Source: the human T2T-CHM13v2.0 reference genome, Homo sapiens. From it: a stretch of 64,000 nt of DNA. The notes below the pieces were generated by a model that searched no databases, was not told the origin of the DNA, and saw nothing but the letters and a program-made list of their open reading frames with translations. This document shows, one piece after another, positions 13,352-28,424 of the stretch (position 1 is the stretch's first letter; each line of letters starts with the position of its first letter). The stretch lies in the NCBI RefSeq assembly GCF_009914755.1, contig NC_060933.1. The stretch is one strand, 5' to 3'. A program made the translations under genes and the position numbers.

Positions 13352-14348
13352 GAATGAGTACACATCTTCTACCTTGAATTACAGCTAGACCTGTCTCTGG
13401 AATTTCCCCAGTAATTAGAACTAGTAGTCAATAATTGTTTGTCAGCTAGAAATAAATTTTAAAATACAAGCCACTAGTATCAACTCTACATGTGGAGAAG
13501 AACCTCACTTATAAACTATATAATTATCAAGACTGTCCACGTAGCTAATAGTAGGTGAGGAACATCAGAAGAGTCCAGTCTCACTGACATTCGATTTTGC
13601 AGTCACTTTATGTTCAGCCAGTTAACAGTACTCATTGGATGTCATTTCCATCACCTCTGCTTCCCTATTTTATGGGCCCAGAACTCCTTTGAGAAGCTCA
13701 GCTGCTGCAGAACAGCCAGATCTGACCTTCCTAAGGCATGATTCATCATGCATTGATGACAGAACATCTGCACCCAATGTATGAAACATGGTGACTCGCA
13801 GTGTCTGGCTCAGGATATGACCTGGCTCAGAGCTTAAGTCTTCCCATGATTTCTGTCTTGAAAATAGCTCCTAGCATGGTCCCCATACCCTCAGCCAAAA
13901 GCACATCCCCCTCAAGTTTTTTTCATTATACTCTCCTCTCCTTTTATTAAAATAAATAAATACATAGGTACATACATACATACACACATACATACATAAT
14001 TTCCCCTTCAGGGATTCCTTGGAAGCCATCAAGAGTAGGGATAAAGAGCAGAATTTCTGAGTGAGAAAGAATTAGGTTCAAGTTCAAACTTAATACTTCT
14101 ATGCCCTTAAGTAAGTGACTATGCCCCCTCTAAACCTGAGTTTTCCCACATGTGAAATGAAGATAATACTAACTAATTTTCAGAACAATTTTGATGATTA
14201 TATAGGATAACTTGGCATCTAGGTGTTCAATAAATGCTGACTATCTTCTCTTTCCCTTTAATAGCTTTACACTTCCCACAATGCTTACAAAATTTCTGGT
14301 ATGGTGTAGGTACTTAACAAATGTCATTACTCTTGCTTCATTCTTGTT

Positions 14349-14651
14349 GTTGCTGTTGTTGTTGTTGTTGTTGAGACGGAGTCTCACTCTGTTGCCCAGG
14401 CTGGAGTGCAGTGGTGTGATCTCGGCTCACTACAACCTCCACCTCCCAATTCAAGAGATTCTCCTGCCTCAGCCTCCTGAATAGCTGGGACTACAGGGGC
14501 GCACCACCACGCCTGGCTAATTTTTGAATTTTCAGTAGAGACGGGGTTTCACTATGTTGGCCAGGCTGGTTTTGAACTCCTGACCTCATGGTCCGCCCAC
14601 CTCAACCTCCCAAAGTGCTGGGATTATAGGCGTGAGCCACCGTGCCCGGCC
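14349..14651 (-). mobile_element. AluS (Sg-like) with (CAA)n tail
   Basis: Reverse-complement Alu dimer. TSD actct(t/c)gcttcattcttgtt at 14329 and 14652. Confidence 0.95.
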
Positions 14652-14836
14652 ACTCTCGCTTCATTCTTGTTTGGGCTCCGTTTACATTAGATACCTTTCT
14701 GCTTGTGGTGTAACTGTCTTGTTTCATGACATATGACAATAGCATAATTTACATATTTGATATTAGGGATACAGCATGGAATGGGACAAGTAAGGTCCTA
14801 AGGCATGATTACACTTAGCTTACGCTCAAGAGCAAG

Positions 14837-15655
14837 AGAACTCTTATCACTGTTGGGAATGTAGAAAGGCGAAGCCACTATGAAAAACAGTATGCAGGTT
14901 CCTGAAAAAATTAAAAATAGAACTGCTAGATGATCCAGCAATCCCACTTCTGGATTTATATCCAAAATAATTGAAATCAGGATCTTGGAAAGATATCTGT
15001 ACCCCCGTGCTCACTGCAGCATTATACACAGTAGCCAAGATAGAGAAATAACCCAAGTGTGCATCGACAAATAAATGGATGAAGAAAACATGGTATATGC
15101 ATACAATGGATTATCATTCAGCCTTAAAAAAGAAGGAAATTCTGCCATTTGAAATGACATGAATGAACCTAAAGGACGTTATGCTGAGTATAATAAGCCA
15201 GTCACAGAAGAACAAATACTGCCTAATTCCACTTATATGAGAGGTATCTAAAATAGGCAAAGTCAAAGAAGCTGAGAATAGAGTGATGGTTTCCAGGTGC
15301 TGGGAATGCGGAAACAAGGAATTGGTTTTCAATGGAGTATAAAGTTTCTGTTATGCAAAACGAATATGTTCTAGAAATCTGCTGTAAAACATAGCACCTA
15401 TAGTGAATATGGTATTGTGTGCTTTAAAATGTGTTAAGAGGCTAGATGTCATGTTAAGTGTTCTTACCAAACACACACATGTACACACACACACACATAA
15501 ATGGACAAAATAAAATTATTGGAGGCGATGGGTATGTTTGTATCTTGCTTGTGGTGATGACATCATGGATACACGCACATGTCCAAAGTCATCAGTATCT
15601 ATATATTAAATGTATGCAATTTTTATATATCAATTATACCTCAATAAAGCTGTCT
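14837..15655 (+). mobile_element. L1MB-type 3' end
   Basis: gatccagcaatcccacttctgg…ataagccagtcacagaagaacaaatactg…tcaattatacctcaataaagctg. Confidence 0.85.
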
Positions 15656-16323
15656 TTTAAAGGGCAGGCAAATCAAAAGTAAATGAGCAAATATATAAAT
15701 AAATGAGATAATTTCAACAAATGCTGAATGACATAAGGGTAGTAATACTGAGGGATGTGATAGAAAATGACAGAGAAGAAACCTGATATTTAGGTAGTCA
15801 GGAAAGGCTTTCTGTGCAGATGAAAATGGGATTAAGACTCACGTGCTTAATCCCATTAACTCCCATAAAGGAGTTAACAATTCCAGTTAAGGGAATCACT
15901 AGAGGAAAGGGTGGAAAATTCAAAGCAGAGGGAGGTAGATGTGAAGTAACAAGCTTGGTGTGTCTAACAATGAGAAAGTAGGCTAGTGTTGTTACTGCTC
16001 TCACGTGTCAAGTTAGTCATCAGCTTCCTAAAAGTCAACTCAAGAAGGGAAAGGGTTTGGGTTATATTGTTCTCCTCTCCAAATATAAGGGGATTATCTC
16101 TCAAGGATGGTTATATTTTTAAAAAAATGTATTTTCTTGCCTACTAGAATGTATGCCTTCCATCTTTTTCTGGCCTTTGAAATTGGTACCCTTTCCAGAG
16201 GTAATTCTCCCCAGAACTCAGGATCAGGGCAGTGAGTGAACCCAAAGCCATAGGCATTGTGATCCAACTCTTTGAAACTTGAATGGTCAATGCTGAAGAT
16301 ACAAAATATTCCATGACTTTTGA

Positions 16324-16628
<305 letters not shown>

Positions 16629-17513
16629 TTGATCTATTAATACGTCCCAGGAGCTACAGAATTATATTCATGAACTTTGAATGACTTCAGTCAAGTCACT
16701 TTTCTTCTCTAAGTCTTATTTCTCATCTGTATAATGTGAGTGAGAGGTGAGGGGTGGGTAGGGGATATTGGGTAGGTGGCTACCTGTGATCTCTACATTG
16801 GGTAGAGGGCTGTGTTCACTAGAGTTCCAGATTTTCTGTGATTCTAAGAAGCCTTTGGAATCTTGGAGTGAGTATTCCCAGGGAACTCTGATGTGCTGAA
16901 AAGCTCTCCTACATCGTTGATGTCAGCTGTGCCTGAGGCTTTTTAATGGGTCAACAGACCCCAAAGGTGAGCTGGAGACAAACCTGGCAATTATAGATTA
17001 AAGGGCAATTATAACAGGGCTCATAATTGTTCTCTTACAATCTTGCCTTCATTGTTGGTTAATAACCAAATTCTCTCTTTCCAGGGAACTCCACCCTCAC
17101 CTTTTCCCACTGGGGTAGGTGAGGCTGGATCAGAACAGGGTAATTGAGTTCTCCCTGGGGAGGTTGGGGTCATGTGAGCACAGCTCCTTGATCTCATCTC
17201 AGATGGCTCCAGGGAAGTACCCAAAATCTCTCCTTTGGGAGGTAGGACAGAATGACTCAGGAAAAGGGAAGTTAAAAGGAAGTTTATGAAGTCTGAGAAT
17301 GGAATTGGTAAATAAATCCAAGTCTGGATACTCCTGAAGGCAGGTGGTATGGGGTAAAATACTGGGCTGAAACCCAGAAGACCCTATGTATGTGTCGGCC
17401 ATAACTTGCCAGGAGACTCAGGGGAAGTTCCTTCACCACTGGGATTCAGTTGCTTCATCTGTGAAAAGAGGGGGTTGGCTTAACTGATCTGTAAGTATCT
17501 TCTAGATAGGATA

Positions 17514-17598
17514 TGAGGTTGGTGCAAAATTAATTGTGGTTTTTGCCATTGAAAGTAAAGTAATAGCAAAATCCACAATTGCTTTTGAACCAACCACA
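17514..17598. mobile_element. MADE1 mariner-derived MITE (palindromic), TA-flanked
   Basis: tgaggttggtgcaaaattaattgtggtttttgccatt…aatagcaaaatccacaattgcttttgaaccaacc, with TA at 17512-13 and 17599-600. Confidence 0.9.
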
Positions 17599-19079
17599 TA
17601 TTTTTAGGATTCTAGATGCCTGTGACTGAGTGGACTACTTCTGAGTCTCAGTTTTTACTTCTGTAAAGAGACAATAACAAGAGTAACTTCATCATAGAAT
17701 TATTGTGAGAATTAAATGAGCTTAACATGGCATCTCTACTTTATTCATTCAGTGCTCTCATTTAATGATTACTCATTAGACTTCTACTTTAAACCAGACT
17801 TTATGCTAGGAGAGGATGGATAATTCATACAGTTGAACTAGGTATCTTAGATGAACCTTCACAGAGGTGAAGATACCTTCACAGAGCTAGGAGTCTTGTG
17901 GGGCACACATGAACGTTTAAAAATGGAAGCTATTTTTATGAGGCATTTCTGTTATTGAACAGTCAGATAAAATACCACTGTCTAAATAATGGCGAATGGC
18001 AGGGGAAAATATTCCAAGGCATGGTGACATTCTCAAGAGAAGCTATCCTCTGTCCCTGGTCTAAATTAAAGATGACACATTCAAATACCTTCAGAGCAAA
18101 GCAGATAATAGAAGTTAATGTAGTGGGTTGGATGTCAGAAAATCTAAAAGAGGGGATTAAGACGACCTAGAGTTTCCATGCATTCTCTAAAGTGGAAAGC
18201 TGCTAGTCAACTCTCCTGCCTACTGCTGTCACGTGAGGGTGTGAGTCTAAAGTTGCCAGAACTCACTATTTTCCAGCAGAAGCCAGGAATCCAGATTTTC
18301 ACATAAAAAGCATCCAGATTTCAAGTGATAGCCACTTATTCAAATATTTAAAAACATTATGTAGCCACTGGTTTGCTATCTCTAAGTTAAAGCCAATATT
18401 TCAGATAAGCGAGAGTATTGTAACTGTGTTCATTTTCAAAAGGAAGGTAAGGAGAAAGTAAAGGGGATGAATGATTATTGGCTATCATCTACATGCCCCA
18501 GGCATCTTACAGACAACATATATCATTTCATCTGTTGCTCACAACAATTCTGAGAAGCACCTGCGTTTAGTTCTGATATTTTTCCCTGAGGCAATTCACA
18601 TATGGAAAATGTGTTTTGAGAAACACTGGTATGGACAGATATGACTGGCAGCATAAGGAAGATTGAATATAGGGGCAAGATAAGAGGCAGGACAGCCTGG
18701 TGAGGAAGTCATAGTGGAAATACACAAGGTGCCCCTAGTGGGGAGAAAAACAAGGACAGATTTGAGACAAAATGAAGTAATTAACCTATATTTTTCAAAG
18801 TTCATCAATAATGTCTGAGAGGGGAATTTTACCTCCCTTCCACCTCCCCATGTCAGATGGAGGAGGAAGGGACTTTACAACTGTACCCCTTTTCTTATTT
18901 TCTCTCTTCACCCTCAGGCTATCTATTTAATGGCTGTGTTCAGACCAAGGTCAGCCATCCGTCTAAGTGGACAACAGAAACTAAACCCTAGTCCTATAGC
19001 CTGGATCTCCTAGTCCACACCTTGATGCCACACAGAATAATTTCTCAGAGCAATGAACTTCTATATTAAAGATTACTCT

Positions 19080-19400
19080 GGTCAGGCATGGTGGCTAATG
19101 CCTGTAATCGCAGTACTTTGGGAGGTCAAGGTGGGTGGATCACTTGAGTCCAGGAGTTTGGGACCAGCCTGGGCAACATGACAAAAGCCCATCTCTACAA
19201 AAAAATACAAAAGCTAGCCAAGAGTGGTGATGCATGCTTGTAGTCCCAGCTAATTGGGAGGCTGAGGTGGAAGGACTGACTGAGCCCGGGAGATAGAGGC
19301 TACAGCGAGGTGTGATTGGGCCCCTGCACTCCAGCCTGGGCAACAGAATGAGACCCTGTCTCAAAAAAAAAGAAAGAAAGAAAGAAAGAAAGAAAAAGAA
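19080..19400 (+). mobile_element. AluJ with (GAAA)n tail
   Basis: J-type cacttgagtccaggag…gggcaac. TSD aaaga(t/c)tactc at 19068 and 19401. Confidence 0.93.
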
Positions 19401-19929
19401 AAAGACTACTCAGCCATTCTTCCTGATCCCCTGATCCATGGGCTTCTTGCCTCTGGCTGTCATTACACTGGCAGTGAGCAATAGAGAAATGTAGATTAAA
19501 TGGTCAGAAGATGTAAATTCAATTCTTGACTCCACACTTATAAGAAGTTTGACCTTCAACTATCAACTTCACAAGACTTATCCTCAACTCCCTCATCTGT
19601 AGATGTAGATAATATTGTCCTCTTACTTGGAAGGACTAATTTGTAGATAAAATAAGATAATGGATTTGAAGGTCCTTCAATCCATACTTCATAGAGCAGC
19701 CAGGGTGATAAAACTTTTACTCTTTACCATGACTTAAATCACTCTCTATAATTTCATCCCTCCTACAGTCCCTTCTTTTTAAATTCCATACTCAGAATTT
19801 AAACTCCAGCCCCACTGTCCTTTTATTCCTTAAGGCCACTGTGCGTGCTGTTTCCTCTACCTGAACCGCTTTCCATCCCACCCGCCCCTCAATCTTCACT
19901 TCATTTCACTACTGCCTGTTCACACTTCA

Positions 19930-22990
<3,061 letters not shown>

Positions 22991-25288
22991 TTCCCACTTC
23001 CTCTGAGTAGCCTTTATTATCCCCAATGGACTGAATTTCAAATCTCTCTGCCATGCCCCTACAGCATCTGAGTTACCTCAGCACCCACCATACTATCCCA
23101 GCAATTTCTTGCTAAATTGTACCACTCTCCTTGTTGACTGCAAGTTCCATGAGGGCAGGAATTATGCCTGTCCTGTTACCATTCCATACCCAGGACATAG
23201 ACCATAGTAACAGCTCCCCACACATTCATGAAATGAATGAGTGTGCTTTGTGAGCTATAAAGAACTTTGTGATATAGAAGGCAGGCTGGGTGGCATGGGG
23301 GAATGAACAGGATAAAGACTCTCCAAGTACCTTTTCCCTTTGGAAGTCTTTGACTTTAGAAACCTTTCACCCAGAAAGCAGCTGGAGTGACAGAAATATT
23401 TTCTGAGCCCCTAATATCAGTTCCAGATGTTTGCAATCATGTGGGTTTATACCTCACCCTGTAAAACATATTCCCCTCACCCCCACCCCCCAATTCTAGC
23501 TGAGAGAGTAAAGCCTAGTTTCCAATGACATCACCTCTCTCAGGCTGACCCGGAGTAAGCAGAGAGCAGGCGGGTGAGGTCCCCTCTAGTTTCTCAGATG
23601 AACAGCATGGTTCAGCCATGGCCCACACTGCATGAGGAACTAAGAGTAAATTCCACAAGATTTCATAAATACCTACAATGTAAGTGCTCCATCACAGCCA
23701 CTGCTGCCACCATCCTCTCAGCTACTGGAGAAAAGAGACCTTGCTGTCCTTCACCTTGAGTTATTCCTCATACAAATTCACCTCCATAACTGCTCCCTTT
23801 TACTAGAGAAAATTTTCAGTCTAAGGTCTGAGATGGGATGGTGTGTGTGTTGGGATGAGGAGTGTCTTTTCAGTTGTAGATTATCCTTAATGATAACAGG
23901 GACAGAGAAAGAACAGGGGAACTGAGAGTGGACACAGATGGCCTCTGGACATTCTCCTTTACCTGGATGTAAGTCTAAATCAGCAGCTCATATCAGAGCC
24001 AGCTTAGAGAGACAAAGACAAGCAAAGGTCAGCTGAGACATGGGCACAGAGTGACATGGAATAAAAAGAAGAGAGAGAGAGAGAGAGAGAGCCACCAAGG
24101 GAAGCCGACACACATAAAGGTAGAAAAAGAAGAAAAGAAGGAAGGAGAGAGGAAAGGAAATAATCAGGAAAGGATATAGGAAGAAAGAAACAGAGACAAG
24201 AGTTGAGAGTTGGCAGGAAGCAAGCGTGATACTGATCGGGGGGGAGAGGCCCAGTAGGCTCCCAGATGCCAGGGCAGAAAAGGGGCACTGACCAGCTCCA
24301 GATGTTGCTGCCTTGTATGAGGAGGTGCCGGGGCTAGTGGATAGGGCCTGCTGCCTCTGTGAGTGCCAACAGAGCCAGATGGCCTTCCAGCCCTGAACTA
24401 AACAAGCTGAAGCTGAGAATCCCATGAAGAAAAAGAGAAGTTTCTGATTTTTTTAAAGTTAAAAAAAAAATCCAGCAGGAGAGCAGAAGATGACCAAAGA
24501 AAATGCATGGGGGTGTGGTGAGAATATCACCAGACAGAAAAACAGGAGATTATGATGCTAGGTGTGACCTATCCCTTCTTGTCCTCACTCTTCTGATCCT
24601 TACACTGAGGGTGGCGGGTTCAATGCTTAAGGTTCTTCTACTTGGAACTTTAGGGATTCACAGAAGCTAGTTTATCAGACAAAGAAATGGGAAGCCTGAT
24701 GGGCTACAATCCCCTTTACAAGATCAGAGCTCACTAGTTGCTCACTAGTTGCTGTCAGTGGCTAGATACTCCATTCTGTCAAGCCACACAAGTGTCCTAT
24801 ATCCCTTTATTTCCATCTGCCTCTAGGTCTATTCTCAACAAGAGCAAACTACACTGGAGGTAATATGAACTAGTGAAAAATCTTTGAATGTAGTGGATGA
24901 GGGTGTGGGAGTAGATAGGAAAGAAACCAGAGCCCTAGTTCTAGCTCTGGCTGTACCAGTAACTCACCATGTGTGTAAGCTCTGGACAAGTCCGTCTCCT
25001 CTGAGCCTTTTTCTTCGTAGGTCAAACAGGAGATTTGGATTTATTAAATCTGCCTGTGCCTCGGCCCAGCTTCTTACTCCCACATCTACCCTGCCCAAGA
25101 GGCTGAAACCCATGCCAATTGTTCTGATGAGGCCATGAGGGAGAACCAGACGTCTGTTTTTAATACTGATGACAGATTAGCGTGCGGGGAATTCAGCCAC
25201 CCCCCACAACAAGCCCCATTTCTGCTCAAAACAACTGGAACAGGAGACTACTTATGCTTGGCTTTCCTAACAGCGTCCCGGAACTGAC

Positions 25289-25330
25289 CGAGCGATGGCT
25301 TCTCTGAAGGAGACAAAGAGGGCGCCAAAC
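25289..25330 (-). CDS. Candidate alternative ASTN2 exon: 15 nt (25303-25289, EKPSL) or 42 nt (25330-25289, GLAPSLSPSEKPSL), phase 1-1
   Basis: Branch point CTAAC at 25388-25384, long pyrimidine tract, acceptors ctctAG (25332-31) and ccttcAG (25305-04), donor TCG|GTCAGT (25288-83). Both lengths are multiples of 3 and stop-free in the phase left by exon 37340-37488. Confidence 0.55.
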
Positions 25331-26696
25331 CTAGAGGTGGGGGCAGGGGTAGGAGACAGGGAGGGAGAGTGAGCATTTCAAAAGTTAGTTCAGAAGGGTG
25401 TGAAACAGATGGCAGCCATAAAGTGTGTGTGTATGTGTGTGTTTGTGTTCATGTGTGCACATGGGAGAAAGAGAGAGAGAGAGATCTGTGTAAGCACCTA
25501 TGCCTGTGCACATGCACGCATGAGCTCGTGGATAAATAAATAATTCCAGCACTGGACTTGGCTGCCAGCAAAAATTCAGAGAGATCAAAGGATAAAGCCT
25601 ATGTTTCCCTATTCTGGCCTCACCTGACCAAATGTGTGAGTAATCCTAACTGTCTAACCAAAACAAGTCTTAAACCTTATTTTGTTTTCTTCCTAACATT
25701 TATTCCTCCCTTTAATTTTTTTTTTTTAATTCATGGAAATAGGAAACAACAAGAAAGTATTAGTACCTACTGTGTCTCAAGAACTGTGCTGGAATTAACC
25801 CTTAAAAATAGCTTGTGAAAAAGGTGCTGTTTTTCCCATTCCACAGAAAAGGAAACTGAACCCTAGAAAAGATGTTGACTACCCCTAGATCTCTCTCACT
25901 GAGAAGTGGTGAAAAATAAATCCAGAAGCCAGGTTTTCCCAAGTCCATATTTTTTCATTAGGCTTGTATCCTCAAAGATAAAACTCAACTGAGTGAACTG
26001 AGAAATTTCAATTTAAGCCAAGTTCATTTTCCAGAGGGTTTAGACATGATAAAGGTGACACAGAAGCAAACAGATGAGGTGAATGTTTCAGATGTACCCT
26101 CCCAATCATCTACAGCATCAACTGGTCATGACACATTTTTAGAAGGCTTACCATGTACTCAGCTAGGTTGTAAGACTACAGAAGACCCCATAAAACTACA
26201 CAGTGCTCAAGGAGTTAATGCAGAGTCGAAAAGTTAAGACATGAATGTGTCTAACCATATGCAATTCAGTTCAGTGAACTGAACATCCATGTATGACAGG
26301 CACTGTGGGGAAACCCCAACATATAAGGATACAAGATTCATCATCTTGTATCTTTAAAAACAACTGCCCACCCACAAAGTCAGGAATTGGATAATGTGGA
26401 GAATGAAAGTCAAGTCCTAAAACAAAGGTTAAAAAATCCCTGTAAAGACAGAAGCATGTATGTCACTGTCTTCAATCTTCTGAATGGCTACAGGAAGAAG
26501 GGCCTAGATCTGTGTAAAGTGACCCTAGGCCAGATAACCAAAAATAAACAAATTTTACCTCAATTTTAAAAAGTAACTCTTGGATTAGAGCACTGTTTCC
26601 TGGAAAATAAAGAAGAATCTTGGATTTCTATTTCTGGATTAAATGGAATAACAAGGACTGGATTTATTTGCCCTACTGCCCACACCATTAAGAAAT

Positions 26697-26698
<2 letters not shown>

Positions 26699-26752
<54 letters not shown>
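26699..26752. repeat. (AC)27 microsatellite
   Basis: Direct read. Confidence 0.98.
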
Positions 26753-27089
<337 letters not shown>

Positions 27090-27596
27090 CTAAAATTTCT
27101 CTTTGCCTTTAGAGAGTTTTCAAGCCACTGTTCAGGGAGAGGAAATGCCTGACAGATTCCCTGAATTGCCCAGACAGAGTTCTGAGACCAGGGAAACCAA
27201 AGTGATTACACTTCGTAAGATAGAGTAATGGAGAGGAGAGAGCTGCATAGAGGAAAAATTGAAGCAATCTGTGGAGGAGTTCCTGTCAACATTCATCAGA
27301 GTACTGATTGATGTATGTACATGAGAAATCTCCCAAAACAAAGGGATTAGTGAGAACAATGCCTGAGGCTCATACAAGGGCCAGTAATAGTGCCTGTCTC
27401 TACCAGCCATACTGTAAAACCTCAAAATTTATGGGCAACTTGGTAGAGCACACTGAAGGGTCCTCCCTTACTAGTAGACAATAATTAGCCCTAGACTAAA
27501 CACTGCTTCAGTTCCATCTAACAAATCTTAAAAGCAAGATCTAAAGGAATCAAATTGTTTCTCTGTGCAAAAGAGTTCAAAATGTTTTTGAACTCT

Positions 27597-27680
27597 TTTG
27601 AACAAAAGAGTTTGAACAAAATATTTTGAACAAAAGAGTTTGAACAAAAGAGTTTGAACAAAATATTTTGAACAAAAGAG
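27597..27680. repeat. 14-bp tandem array with ABA-ABA order (A=tttgaacaaaagag, B=tttgaacaaaatat)
   Basis: Direct parse into six 14-mers. Confidence 0.95.
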
Positions 27681-28321
27681 TTCAAAAATATTTTTAGTAA
27701 TACAAAATATCCAGCTTCAAACAAGGCAAGAATCGCAATGTCTGGCATCTAATACGAAATTACCTGGCATGCAAAGAGGCAGGAAAATGCAACCCATAAT
27801 GAGAAGGAAAAATATCAATCAATTTAAACTGACCCAGAACTGATCCAGTTGTCAGGATTAGCAAACAAGAACATTAAAAGTTACTGTAACTATATCCCAT
27901 ATGTAAAAAAAATTAAGAAATAGAATATATTAACAAGACTCACATTGGACTTCCAAAGGTGAAAATTACAATGTCCAAGACGAAAAATAATGCTGGATGG
28001 GATGAACAATAAATTGCACTTCACAGAAGGCATTGAAGACATGCACTAGAAACTATCCAAAATGGAATACAGAGATAACAAATAATTTTTGAAAATGAAA
28101 AAAGCATCACTGAGATGAGTAACAACTTAAAGTGACTGAATATACATGTTGTTGGAGGAAAAGAAAAATGGCGGGAGATTTTTTAAATTGACAAAATAAT
28201 GTCCAAAAATTTTCCAAATTTAATGAAACCATAAATCCACAGATCCAAGAAGCTCAACAAACCCCAAACACAAGAAATAAATGGCTAATAAAGAGAAAAG
28301 CTTAGAATCAGTCAGAAAAAA

Positions 28322-28324
<3 letters not shown>

Positions 28325-28368
<44 letters not shown>

Positions 28369-28424
28369 CACACACACATATATACATGAATTATATATAT
28401 GGGTGTATATATATATATATATAT
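28325..28424. repeat. Compound (TC)n(TA)n(CA)n…(TA)n microsatellite
   Basis: Direct read. Confidence 0.95.

Noticed and set aside
23988-24425. 145-aa hydrophobic minus-strand ORF
   Set aside because: Product of a CT-rich low-complexity tract (F/L/S bias).
24729-24750. 11-bp tandem duplication gctcactagtt x2
   Set aside because: Common slippage event with no further structure.
25312-25328. CTCF-like motif acaaagagggcgcca
   Set aside because: Only the 3' half fits the consensus. Exonic constraint explains the region better, though ChIP data could overturn this.
27597-27680. Regular short repeats resembling a CRISPR array
   Set aside because: Head-to-tail 14-mers with no unique spacers, no cas genes, and eukaryotic context.
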